Assembly: GCA_964016885.1 (NCBI GenBank)
Contig: OZ024741.1
Location: 130,944,001 to 131,008,000 of the forward strand
From: Eledone cirrhosa
Taxonomy: Eukaryota
Direction: 5' to 3'
Length of the DNA stretch: 64,000 nt
Of this stretch, positions 28,419-44,200 are shown one piece after another (the stretch's first letter is position 1; each line of letters opens with the position of its first letter). The translations under genes and the position numbers were made by a program. The notes beneath the pieces are model-generated. The model had not been told where the DNA came from, did no database searches, and worked only from the letters and a program-made list of their open reading frames with translations.

Positions 28419-30979
28419 TAACTAGGGTTGGAAGCAGTGAACATATAAATTTACACATCATATTTGTCTATGTAACTAGGGTTGGAAGCAGTGAACATAT
28501 AACTTTACACATCATATTTGTCTGCGTAACTCGTGTTGGAAGCGGTGAACATATAACTTTACACATCATATTTGTCTGTGTAACTAGGGTTGGAAGCAGT
28601 GAACATATAACTTTACACATCATATTTGTCTGTGGAACTAGGGTTGGAAGCAGTGAACATAGAACTTTACACATCATATTTGTCTGTGTAACTAGGGTTG
28701 GAAGCAGTGAACATATAACTTTACACATCATATTTGTCTGTGTAACTAGGGTTATAAGCAGTGAACATATAACTTTACACATCATATTTGTCTGTCTAAC
28801 TAGGTTTGGAAGCGGTGAACATATAACTTTACACATCATATTTGACTGTGTAACTAGGGTTGGAAGCAGTGAACATATAACTTTACACATCATATTTGTC
28901 TGTGGAACTAGGGTTGGAAGCAGTGAACATAGAACTTTACACATCATATTTGTCTGTGTAACTAGGGTTGGAAGCAGTGAACATATAACTTTACACATCA
29001 TATTTATCTGTGTAACTCGGGTTGGAAGCGGTGAACATATAACTTGACACATCATATTTGTCTGTGGAACTAGGGTTCGAAGCGGTGAACATATAACTTT
29101 ACACATCATATTTGTCTGTGTAACTAGGTTTGGAAGCAGTGAACATATAACTTTACACATCATATTTGTCTGTGTAACTAGGGTTGGAAGCGGTGAACAT
29201 ATAACTTTACACATCATATTTGTCTGTGTAACTAGGGTTATAAGCAGTGAACATATAACTTTACACATCATATTTGTCTGTGTAACTAGGGTTGGAAGCG
29301 GTGAACATATAACTTTACACATCATATTTGTCTGTGTAACTAGGGTTATAAGCAGTGAACATATAACTTTACACATCATATTTGTCTGTGTAACTAGGGT
29401 TGGAAGCGGTGAACATATAACTTTACACATCATATTTGTCTTTGTAACTAGGGTTGGAAGCAGTGAACATATAACTTTACACATCATATTTGTCTGTGTA
29501 ACTAGGGTTGGAAGCAGTGAACATATAACTTTACACATCATATTTGTCTGCGTAACTCGGGTTGGAAGCGGTGAACATATAACTTTACACATCATATTTG
29601 TCTGTGTAACTAGGGTTGGAAGCAGTGAACATATAACTTTACACATCATATTTGTCTGTGTAACTAGGGTTGGAAGCAGTGAACATATAAATTTACACAT
29701 CATATTTGTCTGTGTAACTAGGGTTAGAAGCAGTGAACATATAACTTTACACATCATATTTGTCTGCGTAACTCGGGTTGGAAGCGGTGAACATATAACT
29801 TTACACATCATATTTGTCTGTGTAACTAGGGTTGTAAGCAGTGAACATACAACTTTACACATCATATTTGTCTGTGTAACTATGTTTGGAAGCATTGAAC
29901 ATATAACTTTACACATCATATTTGTCTGTGTAACTAGCGTTGGAAGCAGTGAACACATAACTTTACACATCATATTTGACTGTGTAACTAGGGTTGGAAG
30001 CAGTGAACATATAACTTTACACATCATATTTGTCTGTGGAACTAGGGTTGGAAGCAGTGAACATATAACTTTACACATCATATTTGTCTATGTAACTAGG
30101 GTTGGAAGCAGTGAACATATAACTTTACACATCATATTTGTCTGTGTAACTCGGGTTGGAAGCGGTGAACATATAACTTGACACATCATATTTGTCTGTG
30201 GAACTAGGGTTCGAAGCGGTGAACATATAACTTTACACATCATATTTGTCTGTGTAACTAGGGTTGGAAGCAGTGAACATATAACTTTACACATCATATT
30301 TGTCTGTGTAACTAGGGTTGGAAGCGGTGAACATATAACTTTACACGTCATATTTGTCTGTGTAACTAGGGTTGGAAGCAGTGAACATATAACTTTACAC
30401 ATCATATTTGTCTGTGTAACTAGGGTTGGAAGCGGTGAACATATAACTTTACCCATCATATTTGTCTGTGTAACTAGGGTTGGAAGCGGTGAACATATAA
30501 CTTTACACATCATATTTGTCTTTGTAACTAGGGTTGGAAGCAGTGAACATATAACTTTACACATCATATTTGTCTGTGTAACTAAGGGTGGAAGCAGTGA
30601 ACATATAACTTTACACATCATATTTGTCTGCGTAACTCGGGTTGGAAGCGGTGAACATATAACTTTACACATCATATTTGTCTGTGGAACTAGGGTTGGA
30701 AGCGGTGAACATATAACTTTACACATCATATTTGTCTGTGTAACTAGGGTTGGAAGCAGTGAACATATAACTTTACACATCATATTTGTCTGTCTAACTA
30801 GGTTTGGAAGCGGTGAACATATAACTTTACACATCATATTTGACTGTGTAACTAGGGTTGGAAGCAGTGAACATATAACTTTACACATCATATTTGTCTG
30901 TCTAACTAGGTTTGGAAGCGGTGAACATATAACTTTACACATCATATTTGACTGTGGAACTAGGGTTGGAAGCAGTGAA

Positions 30980-33900
30980 CATAGAACTTTGCACATTATA
31001 TTTGTCTGTGTAACTAGGGTTGGAAGCAGTGAACATATAACTTTACACATCATATTTGTCTGTGTAACTCGGGTTGGAAGCGGTGAACATATAACTTGAC
31101 ACATCATATTTGTCTGTGGAACTAGTGTTCGAAGCGGTGAACATATAACTTTACACATCATATTTGTCTGTGTAACTAGGTTTGGAAGCAGTGAACATAT
31201 AACTTTACACATCATATTTGTCTGTGTAACTAGGGTTGGAAGCGGTGAACATATAACTTTACACATCATATTTGTCTGTGTAACTAGGGTTATAAGCAGT
31301 GAACATATAACTTTACACATCATATTTGTCTGTGTAACTAGGGTTGGAAGCGGTGAACATATAACTTTACACATCATATTTGTCTGTGTAACTAGGGTTG
31401 GAAGCAGTGAACATATAACTTTACACATCATATTTGTCTGTGTAACTAGGGTTGGAAGCGGTGAACATATAACTTTACACATCATATTCGTCTGTGTAAC
31501 TAGGGTTGGAAGCGGTGAACATATAACTTTACACATCATATTTGTCTGTGTAACTAGGGTTGGAAGCAGTGAACATACAACTTTACACATCATATTTGTC
31601 TGTGTAACTATGTTTGGAAGCATTGAACATATAACTTTACACATCATATTTGTCTGTGTAACTAGGGTTGGAAGCAGTGAACACATAACTTTACACATCA
31701 TATTTGTCTGTGTAACTAGGGTTGGAAGCGGTGAACATATAACTTTACACATCATATTTGTCTGTGTAACTAGGGTTGGAAGCGGTGAACATATAACTTT
31801 ACACATCATCTTTGTCTGTGTAACTAGGGTTGGAAGCAGTGAACATGTAACTTTACACATCATATTTGTCTGTGTAACTAGGGTTGGAAGCAGTGAACAT
31901 ATAACTTTACACATCATATTTGTCTGTGTAACTAGGGTTGGAAGCGGTGAACATATAACTTTACACATCATATTTGTCTGTGTAACTAGGGTTGGAAGCA
32001 GTGAACATATAACTTTACACATCATATTTGTCTGTGTAACTAGGATTGGAAGCGGTGAATATATAACTTCACACATCATATTTGTCTGAGTAACTAGGGT
32101 TGGAAGCAGTGAACATATAACTTTACACATCATATTTGTCCGTGTAACTAGGGTTGGAATCGGTGAACATATAACTTTACACATCATATTTGTCTGTGTA
32201 ACTAGGGTTAGAAGCAGTGAACACACAACTTTACACATCATATTTGTCTGTGTAACTAGGGTTGGAATCAGTGAACATATAACTTGACACATCATATTTT
32301 TCTATGTAACTAGGGTGGAATTAGTGAACATATAACTTTACACATCATATTTGTCTGTGTAACTAGGGTTGGAAGCATTGAACATATAACTTTACATATC
32401 ATATTTGTCTGTGTAACTAGGGTTGGAAGCAGTGAACATATAACTTTACACATCATATTTGTCTGTGTAACTAGGGTTGGAAGCAGTGAACATATAACTT
32501 TACACATCATATTTGTCTGTGTAACTAGGGTTGGAAGCACTGAACATATAACTTTACACATCATATTTGTCTATGTAACTAGGGTTGGAAGCAGTGAACA
32601 TATAACTTTACACATCATATTTGTCTGTGTAACTAGGGTTGGAAGCGGTGAACATATAACTTTACACATCATATTTGTCTGTGTAACTAGGGTTGGAAGC
32701 GGTGAACATATAACTTTACACATCATATTTGTCTGTGTAACTAGGGTTGGAAGCAGTGAACATATAACTTTACACATCATATTTGTCTGTGTAACTAGGG
32801 TTGGAAGCGGTGAACATATAACTTTACACATCATATTTGTCTGTGTAACTAGGTTTGGAAGCAGTGAACATATAACTTTACACATCATATTTGTCTGTGT
32901 AACTAGGGTTGGAAGCAGTGAACATACAACTTTACACAACCTATTTGTCTGTGTAACTAGGGTTAGAAACAGTGAACATATAAATTTACACGTCATATTT
33001 GTCTGTGTAACTAGGGTTGGAAGCAGTGAACATATAACTTTACACATCATATTTGTCTATGTAACTAGGGTTGGAAGCAGTGAACATATAACTTTACACA
33101 TCATATTTGTCTGTGTAACTAGGGTTGGAAGCGGTGAACATATAACTTTACACATCATCTTTGTCTGTGTAACTAGGGTTGGAAGCAGTGAACATGTAAC
33201 TTTACACATCATATTTGTCTGTGTAACTAGGGTTGGAAGCAGTGAACATATAACTTTACACATCATATTTGTCTGTGTAACTAGGGTTGGAAGCGGTGAA
33301 CATATAACTTTACACATCATATTTTTCTGTGTAACTAGGGTTGGAAGCAGTGAACATATAATTTTACATATCATATTTGTCTGTGTAACTAGGGTTGGAA
33401 GCAGTGAACATATAACTTTACACATCATATTTGTCTGTGTAACTAGGGTTGGAAGCAGTGAACATATAACTTTACACATCATATTTGTCTGTGTAACTAG
33501 GGTTGGAAGCAGTGAACATATAACTTTACACATCATATTTGTCTGTGTAACTAGGGTTGGAAGCAGTGAACATATAACTTTACATATCATATTTGTCTGT
33601 GTAACTAGGGTTGGAAGCAGTGAACATATAACTTTACACATCATATTTGTCTGTGTAACTAGGGTTGGAAGCAGTGAACATATAACTTTACACATCATAT
33701 TTGTCTATGTAACTAGGGTTGGAAGCAGTGAACATATAACTTTACACATCATATTTGTCTATGTAACTAGGGTTGGAAGCAGTGAACATATAACTTGACA
33801 CATCATATTTGTCTGTGTAACTAGGGTTGGAAGCGGTGAACATATAACTTTACACATCATATTTGTCTGTGTAACTAGGGTTGGAAGCGGTGAACATATA

Positions 33901-36900
33901 ACTTTACACATCATATTTGTCTGTGTAACTAGGGTTGGAAGCAGTGAACATATAACTTTACACATCATATTTGTCTGTGTAACTAGGGTTGGAAGCGGTG
34001 AACATATAACTTTACACATCATATTTGTCTGTGTAACTAGGTTTGGAAGCAGTGAACATATAACTTTACACATCATATTTGTCTGTGTAACTAGGGTTGG
34101 AAGCAGTGAACATACAACTTTACACAACCTATTTGTCTGTGTAACTAGGGTTAGAAACAGTGAACATATAAATTTACACGTCATATTTGTCTGTGTAACT
34201 AGGGTTGGAAGCAGTGAACATATAACTTTACACATCATATTTGTCTATGTAACTAGGGTTGGAAGCAGTGAACATATAACTTTACACATCATATTTGTCT
34301 GTGTAACTAGGGTTGGAAGCGGTGAACATATAACTTTACACATCATCTTTGTCTGTGTAACTAGGGTTGGAAGCAGTGAACATGTAACTTTACACATCAT
34401 ATTTGTCTGTGTAACTAGGGTTGGAAGCAGTGAACATATAACTTTACACATCATATTTGTCTGTGTAACTAGGGTTGGAAGCGGTGAATATATAACTTTA
34501 CACATCATATTTTTCTGTGTAACTAGGGTTGGAAGCAGTGAACATATAACTTTACATATCATATTTGTCTGTGTAACTAGGGTTGGAAGCAGTGAACATA
34601 TAACTTTACACATCATATTTGTCTGTGTAACTAGGGTTGGAAGCAGTGAACATATAACTTTACACATCATATTTGTCTGTGTAACTAGGGTTGGAAGCAG
34701 TGAACATATAACTTTACACATCATATTTGTCTGTGTAACTAGGGTTGGAAGCAGTGAACATATAACTTTACATATCATATTTGTCTGTGTAACTAGGGTT
34801 GGAAGCAGTGAACATATAACTTTACACATCATATTTGTCTGTGTAACTAGGGTTGGAAGCAGTGAACATATAACTTTACACATCATATTTGTCTATGTAA
34901 CTAGGGTTGGAAGCAGTGAACATATAACTTTACACATCATATTTGTCTGTGTAACTAGGGTTGGAAGCAGTGAACACATAACTTTACACATCATATTTGA
35001 CTGTGTAACTAGGGTTGGAAGCGGTGAACATATAACTTGACACATCATATTTGTCTGTGGAACTAGGGTTCGAAGCGGTGAACATATAACTTTACACATC
35101 ATATTTGTCTGTGTAACTAGGGTTGGAAGCAGTGAACATATAACTTTACACATCATATTTGTCTGTGTAACTAGGGTTGGAAGCGGTGAACATATAACTT
35201 TACACATCATATTTGTCTGTGTAACTAGGTTTGGAAGCAGTGAACATATAACTTTACACATCATATTTGTCTGTGTAACTAGGGTTGGATGCAGTGAACA
35301 TACAACTTTACACAACCTATTTGTCTGTGTAACTAGGGTTAGAAACAGTGAACATATAAATTTACACGTCATATTTGTCTGTGTAACTAGGGTTGGAAGC
35401 AGTGAACATATAACTTTACACATCATATTTGTCTATGTAACTAGGGTTGGAAGCAGTGAACATATAACTTTACACATCATATTTGTCTGTGTAACTAGGG
35501 TTGGAAGCGGTGAACATATAACTTTACACATCATATTTGTCTGTGTAACTAGGGTTGGAAGCAGTGAACATATAACTTTACACGTCATATTTGTCTGTGT
35601 AACTAGGGTTGGAAGCGGTGAACATATAACTTTACACATCATATTTGTCTGTGTAACTAGGGTTGGAAGCAGTGAACATATAACTTTACACATCATATTT
35701 GTCTGTGTAACTAGGGTTGGAAGCGGTGAACATATAACTTTACACATCATATTCGTCTGTGTAACTAGGGTTGGAAGCGGTGAACATATAACTTTACACA
35801 TCATATTTGACTGTGTAACTAGGGTTGGAAGCAGTGAACATACAACTTTACACATCATATTTGTCTGAGTAACTATGTTTGGAAGCATTGAACATATAAC
35901 TTTACACATCATATTTGTCTGTGTAACTAGGGTTGGAAGCAGTGAACACATAACTTTACACATCATATTTGTCTGTGGAACTAGGGTTGGAAGCAGTGAA
36001 CATATAACTTTACACATCATATTTGTCTATGTAACTAGGGTTGGAAGCAGTGAACATATAACTTTACACATCATATTTGTCTGTGTAACTCGGGTTGGAA
36101 GCGGTGAACATATAACTTGACACATCATATTTGTCTGTGGAACTAGGGTTCGAAGCGGTGAACATATAACTTTACACATCATATTTGTCTGTGTAACTAG
36201 GGTTGGAAGCAGTGAACATATAACTTTACACATCATATTTGTCTGTGTAACTAGGGTTGGAAGCGGTGAACATATAACTTTACACATCATATTTGTCTGT
36301 GTAACTAGGGTTGGAAGCAGTGAACATATAACTTTACACATCATATTTGTCTGTCTAACTAGGTTTGGAAGCGGTGAACATATAACTTTACACATCATAT
36401 TTGACTGTGTAACTAGGGTTGGAAGCAGTGAACATATAACTTTACACATCATATTTGTCTGTGGAACTAGGGTTGGAAGCAGTGAACATAGAACTTTGCA
36501 CATCATATTTGTCTGTGTAACTAGGGTTGGAAGCAGTGAACATATAACTTTACACATCATATTTGTCTGTGTAACTCGGGTTGGAAGCGGTGAACATATA
36601 ACTTGACACATCATATTTGTCTGTGGAACTAGTGTTCGAAGCGGTGAACATATAACTTTACACATCATATTTGTCTGTGTAACTAGGTTTGGAAGCAGTG
36701 AACATATAACTTTACACATCATATTTGTCTGTGTAACTAGGGTTGGAAGCGGTGAACATATAACTTTACACATCATATTTGTCTGTGTAACTAGGGTTAT
36801 AAGCAGTGAACATATAACTTTACACATCATATTTGTCTGTGTAACTAGGGTTGGAAGCGGTGAACATATAACTTTACACATCATATTTGTCTGTGTAACT

Positions 36901-39900
36901 AGGGTTGGAAGCAGTGAACATATAACTTTACACATCATATTTGTCTGTGTAACTAGGGTTGGAAGCGGTGAACATATAACTTTACACATCATATTCGTCT
37001 GTGTAACTAGGGTTGGAAGCGGTGAACATATAACTTTACACATCATATTTGTCTGTGTAACTAGGGTTGGAAGCAGTGAACATACAACTTTACACATCAT
37101 ATTTGTCTGTGTAACTATGTTTGGAAGCATTGAACATATAACTTTACACATCATATTTGTCTGTGTAACTAGGGTTGGAAGCAGTGAACACATAACTTTA
37201 CACATCATATTTGTCTGTGTAACTAGGGTTGGAAGCGGTGAACATATAACTTTACACATCATATTTGTCTGTGTAACTAGGGTTGGAAGCAGTGAACATA
37301 TAACTTTACACATCATATTTGTCTGTGTAACTAGGATTGGAAGCGGTGAATATATAACTTCACACATCATATTTGTCTGAGTAACTAGGGTTGGAAGCAG
37401 TGAACATATAACTTTACACATCATATTTGTCCGTGTAACTAGGGTTGGAAGCGGTGAACATATAACTTTACACATCATATTTGTCTGTGTAACTAGGGTT
37501 AGAAGCAGTGAACACACAACTTTACACATCATATTTGTCTGTGTAACTAGGGTTGGAATCAGTGAACATATAACTTGACACATCATATTTTTCTATGTAA
37601 CTAGGGTGGAATTAGTGAACATATAACTTTACACATCATATTTGTCTGTGTAACTAGGGTTGGAAGCAGTGAACATATAACTTTACATATCATATTTGTC
37701 TGTGTAACTAGGGTTGGAAGCAGTGAACATATAACTTTACACATCATATTTGTCTGTGTAACTAGGGTTGGAAGCAGTGAACATATAACTTTACACATCA
37801 TATTTGTCTGTGTAACTAGGGTTGGAAGCACTGAACATATAACTTTACACATCATATTTGTCTATGTAACTAGGGTTGGAAGCAGTGAACATATAACTTT
37901 ACACATCATATTTGTCTGTGTAACTAGGGTTGGAAGCGGTGAACATATAACTTTACACATCATATTTGTCTGTGTAACTAGGGTTGGAAGCGGTGAACAT
38001 ATAACTTTACACATCATATTTGTCTGTGTAACTAGGGTTGGAAGCAGTGAACATATAACTTTACACATCATATTTGTCTGTGTAACTAGGGTTGGAAGCG
38101 GTGAACATATAACTTTACACATCATATTTGTCTGTGTAACTAGGTTTGGAAGCAGTGAACATATAACTTTACACATCATATTTGTCTGTGTAACTAGGGT
38201 TGGAAGCAGTGAACATACAACTTTACACAACCTATTTGTCTGTGTAACTAGGGTTAGAAACAGTGAACATATAAATTTACACGTCATATTTGTCTGTGTA
38301 ACTAGGGTTGGAAGCAGTGAACATATAACTTTACACATCATATTTGTCTATGTAACTAGGGTTGGAAGCAGTGAACATATAACTTTACACATCATATTTG
38401 TCTGTGTAACTAGGGTTGGAAGCGGTGAACATATAACTTTACACATCATCTTTGTCTGTGTAACTAGGGTTGGAAGCAGTGAACATGTAACTTTACACAT
38501 CATATTTGTCTGTGTAACTAGGGTTGGAAGCAGTGAACATATAACTTTACACATCATATTTGTCTGTGTAACTAGGGTTGGAAGCGGTGAACATATAACT
38601 TTACACATCATATTTTTCTGTGTAACTAGGGTTGGAAGCAGTGAACATATAATTTTACATATCATATTTGTCTGTGTAACTAGGGTTGGAAGCAGTGAAC
38701 ATATAACTTTACACATCATATTTGTCTGTGTAACTAGGGTTGGAAGCAGTGAACATATAACTTTACACATCATATTTGTCTGTGTAACTAGGGTTGGAAG
38801 CAGTGAACATATAACTTTACACATCATATTTGTCTGTGTAACTAGGGTTGGAAGCAGTGAACATATAACTTTACATATCATATTTGTCTGTGTAACTAGG
38901 GTTGGAAGCAGTGAACATATAACTTTACACATCATATTTGTCTGTGTAACTAGGGTTGGAAGCAGTGAACATATAACTTTACACATCATATTTGTCTATG
39001 TAACTAGGGTTGGAAGCAGTGAACATATAACTTTACACATCATATTTGTCTATGTAACTAGGGTTGGAAGCAGTGAACATATAACTTGACACATCATATT
39101 TGTCTGTGTAACTAGGGTTGGAAGCGGTGAACATATAACTTTACACATCATATTTGTCTGTGTAACTAGGGTTGGAAGCGGTGAACATATAACTTTACAC
39201 ATCATATTTGTCTGTGTAACTAGGGTTGGAAGCAGTGAACATATAACTTTACACATCATATTTGTCTGTGTAACTAGGGTTGGAAGCGGTGAACATATAA
39301 CTTTACACATCATATTTGTCTGTGTAACTAGGTTTGGAAGCAGTGAACATATAACTTTACACATCATATTTGTCTGTGTAACTAGGGTTGGAAGCAGTGA
39401 ACATACAACTTTACACAACCTATTTGTCTGTGTAACTAGGGTTAGAAACAGTGAACATATAAATTTACACGTCATATTTGTCTGTGTAACTAGGGTTGGA
39501 AGCAGTGAACATATAACTTTACACATCATATTTGTCTATGTAACTAGGGTTGGAAGCAGTGAACATATAACTTTACACATCATATTTGTCTGTGTAACTA
39601 GGGTTGGAAGCGGTGAACATATAACTTTACACATCATCTTTGTCTGTGTAACTAGGGTTGGAAGCAGTGAACATGTAACTTTACACATCATATTTGTCTG
39701 TGTAACTAGGGTTGGAAGCAGTGAACATATAACTTTACACATCATATTTGTCTGTGTAACTAGGGTTGGAAGCGGTGAACATATAACTTTACACATCATA
39801 TTTTTCTGTGTAACTAGGGTTGGAAGCAGTGAACATATAACTTTACATATCATATTTGTCTGTGTAACTAGGGTTGGAAGCAGTGAACATATAACTTTAC

Positions 39901-41268
39901 ACATCATATTTGTCTGTGTAACTAGGGTTGGAAGCAGTGAACATATAACTTTACACATCATATTTGTCTGTGTAACTAGGGTTGGAAGCAGTGAACATAT
40001 AACTTTACACATCATATTTGTCTGTGTAACTAGGGTTGGAAGCAGTGAACATATAACTTTACATATCATATTTGTCTGTGTAACTAGGGTTGGAAGCAGT
40101 GAACATATAACTTTACACATCATATTTGTCTGTGTAACTAGGGTTGGAAGCAGTGAACATATAACTTTATACATCATATTTGTCTATGTAACTAGGGTTG
40201 GAAGCAGTGAACATATAACTTTACACATCATATTTGTCTGTGTAACTAGGGTTGGAAGCAGTGAACACATAACTTTACACATCATATTTGACTGTGTAAC
40301 TAGGGTTGGAAGCGGTGAACATATAACTTGACACATCATATTTGTCTGTGGAACTAGGGTTCGAAGCGGTGAACATATAACTTTACACATCATATTTGTC
40401 TGTGTAACTAGGGTTGGAAGCAGTGAACATATAACTTTACACATCATATTTGTCTGTGTAACTAGGGTTGGAAGCGGTGAACATATAACTTTACACATCA
40501 TATTTGTCTGTGTAACTAGGTTTGGAAGCAGTGAACATATAACTTTACACATCATATTTGTCTGTGTAACTAGGGTTGGAAGCAGTGAACATACAACTTT
40601 ACACAACCTATTTGTCTGTGTAACTAGGGTTAGAAACAGTGAACATATAAATTTACACGTCATATTTGTCTGTGTAACTAGGGTTGGAAGCAGTGAACAT
40701 ATAACTTTACACATCATATTTGTCTATGTAACTAGGGTTGGAAGCAGTGAACATATAACTTTACACATCATATTTGTCTGTGTAACTAGGGTTGGAAGCG
40801 GTGAACATATAACTTTACACATCATATTTGTCTGTGTAACTAGGGTTGGAAGCAGTGAACATATAACTTTACACGTCATATTTGTCTGTGTAACTAGGGT
40901 TGGAAGCGGTGAACATATAACTTTACACATCATATTTGTCTGTGTAACTAGGGTTGGAAGCAGTGAACATATAACTTTACACATCATATTTGTCTGTGTA
41001 ACTAGGGTTGGAAGCGGTGAACATATAACTTTACACATCATATTCGTCTGTGTAACTAGGGTTGGAAGCGGTGAACATATAACTTTACACATCATATTTG
41101 ACTGTGTAACTAGGGTTGGAAGCAGTGAACATACAACTTTACACATCATATTTGTCTGAGTAACTATGTTTGGAAGCATTGAACATATAACTTTACACAT
41201 CATATTTGTCTGTGTAACTAGGGTTGGAAGCAGTGAACACATAACTTTACACATCATATTTGTCTGTG
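30980..41268. repeat. Higher-order duplication, offset 5,291 bp (98 monomers minus 1 bp); 5,507 bp in its left part (4-monomer indel)
   Basis: The diverged patch at 32045 recurs at 37336, the deletion at 32316 recurs at 37607, and CTGAGTAACTATG at 35868 recurs at 41159. ORF starts 31610 and 37117 are offset by 5,507. Confidence 0.9.
32571..34890. repeat. Nested duplication, period 1,188 bp (22 monomers); copied again at ~37862-40180
   Basis: ORF-track pairs 32571/33759, 33057/34245, 37862/39050 and 38348/39536 are offset by 1,188 with near-identical variant order. Confidence 0.88.
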
Positions 41269-44200
41269 TAACTAGGGTTGGAAGCGGTGAACATATAACT
41301 TTACACATCATATTTGTCTGTGTAACTAGGGTTGGAAGCGGTGAACATATAACTTTACACATCATCTTTGTCTGTGTAACTAGGGTTGGAAGCAGTGAAC
41401 ATGTAACTTTACACATCATATTTGTCTGTGTAACTAGGGTTGGAAGCAGTGAACATATAACTTTACACATCATATTTGTCTGTGTAACTAGGGTTGGAAG
41501 CGGTGAACATATAACTTTACACATCATATTTGTCTGTGTAACTAGGGTTGGAAGCAGTGAACATATAACTTTACATATCATATTTGTCTGTGTAACTAGG
41601 GTTGGAAGCAGTGAACATATAACTTTACACATCATATTTGTCTGTGTAACTAGGGTTGGAAGCAGTGAACATATAACTTTACACATCATATTTGTCTGTG
41701 TAACTAGGGTTGGAAGCAGTGAACATATAACTTTACACATCATATTTGTCTGTGTAACTAGGGTTGGAAGCAGTGAACATATAACTTTACATATCATATT
41801 TGTCTGTGTAACTAGGGTTGGAAGCAGTGAACATGTAACTTTACACATCATATTTGTCTGTGTAACTAGGGTTGGAAGCAGTGAACATATAACTTTACAC
41901 ATCATATTTGTCTGTGTAACTAGGGTTGGAAGCAGTGAACATATAACTTTACACATCATATTTGTCTGTGTAACTAGGGTTGGAAGCACTGAACATATAA
42001 CTTTACACATCATATTTGTCTATGTAACTAGGGTTGGAAGCAGTGAACATATAACTTTACACATCATATTTGTCTGTGTAACTAGGGTTGGAAGCGGTGA
42101 ACATATAACTTTACACATCATATTTGTCTGTGTAACTAGGGTTGGAAGCGGTGAACATATAACTTTACACATCATATTTGTCTGTGTAACTAGGGTTGGA
42201 AGCAGTGAACATATAACTTTACACATCATATTTGTCTGTGTAACTAGGGTTGGAAGCGGTGAACATATAACTTTACACATCATATTTGTCTGTGTAACTA
42301 GGTTTGGAAGCAGTGAACATATAACTTTACACATCATATTTGTCTGTGTAACTAGGGTTGGAAGCAGTGAACATACAACTTTACACAACCTATTTGTCTG
42401 TGTAACTAGGGTTAGAAACAGTGAACATATAACTTTACACATCATATTTGTCTATGTAATTAGGGTGGGAAGCAGTGAACATATAACTTTACACATCATA
42501 TTTGTCTGTGTAACTAGGGTTGGAAGCAGTGAACACATAACTTTACACATCATATTTGACTGTGTAACTAGGGTTGGAAGCACTGAACATATAACTTTAC
42601 ACATCATATTTGTCTGTGGAACTAGGGTTGGAAGCAGTGAACATATAACTTTACACATCATATTTGTCTATGTAACTAGGGTTGGAAGCAGTGAACATAT
42701 AACTTTACACATCATATTTGTCTGTGTAACTCGGGTTGGAATCGGTGAACATATAACTTGACACATCATATTTGTCTGTGGAACTAGGGTTCGAAGCGGT
42801 GAACATATAACTTTACACATCATATTTGTCTGTGTAACTAGGGTTGGAAGCAGTGAACATATAACTTTACACATCATATTTGTCTGTGTAACTAGGGTTG
42901 GAAGCGGTGAACATATAACTTTACACCTCATATTTGTCTGTGTAACTAGGGTTGGAAGCAGTGAACATATAACTTTACACATCATATTTGTCTGTGTAAC
43001 TAGGGTTGGAAGCGGTGAACATATAACTTTACACATCATATTTGTCTGTGTAACTAGGGTTGGAAGCAGTGAACATATAACTTTACACGTCATATTTGTC
43101 TGTGTAACTAGGGTTGGAAGCGGTGAACATATAACTTTACACATCATATTTGTCTGTGTAACTAGGGTTGGAAGCAGTGAACATATAACTTTACACATCA
43201 TATTTGTCTGTGTAACTAGGGTTGGAAGCGGTGAACATATAACTTTACACATCATATTCGTCTGTGTAACTAGGGTTGGAAGCGGTGAACATATAACTTT
43301 ACACATCATATTTGACTGTGTAACTAGGGTTGGAAGCAGTGAACATACAACTTTACACATCATATTTGTCTGTGTAACTATGTTTGGAAGCATTGAACAT
43401 ATAACTTTACACATCATATTTGTCTGTGTAACTAGGGTTGGAAGCAGTGAACACATAACTTTACACATCATATTTGTCTGTGTAACTAGGGTTGGAAGCG
43501 GTGAACATATAACTTTACACATCATATTTGTCTGTGTAACTAGGGTTGGAAGCGGTGAACATATAACTTTACACATCATCTTTGTCTGTGTAACTAGGGT
43601 TGGAAGCAGTGAACATGTAACTTTACACATCATATTTGTCTGTGTAACTAGGGTTGGAAGCAGTGAACATATAACTTTACACATCATATTTGTCTGTGTA
43701 ACTAGGGTTGGAAGCGGTGAACATATAACTTTACACATCATATTTGTCTGTGTAACTAGGGTTGGAAGCAGTGAACATATAACTTTACATATCATATTTG
43801 TCTGTGTAACTAGGGTTGGAAGCAGTGAACATATAACTTTACACATCATATTTGTCTGTGTAACTAGGGTTGGAAGCAGTGAACATATAACTTTACACAT
43901 CATATTTGTCTGTGTAACTAGGGTTGGAAGCAGTGAACATATAACTTTACACATCATATTTGTCTGTGTAACTAGGGTTGGAAGCAGTGAACATATAACT
44001 TTACATATCATATTTGTCTGTGTAACTAGGGTTGGAAGCAGTGAACATGTAACTTTACACATCATATTTGTCTGTGTAACTAGGGTTGGAAGCAGTGAAC
44101 ATATAACTTTACACATCATATTTGTCTGTGTAACTAGGGTTGGAAGCAGTGAACATATAACTTTACACATCATATTTGTCTGTGTAACTAGGGTTGGAAG

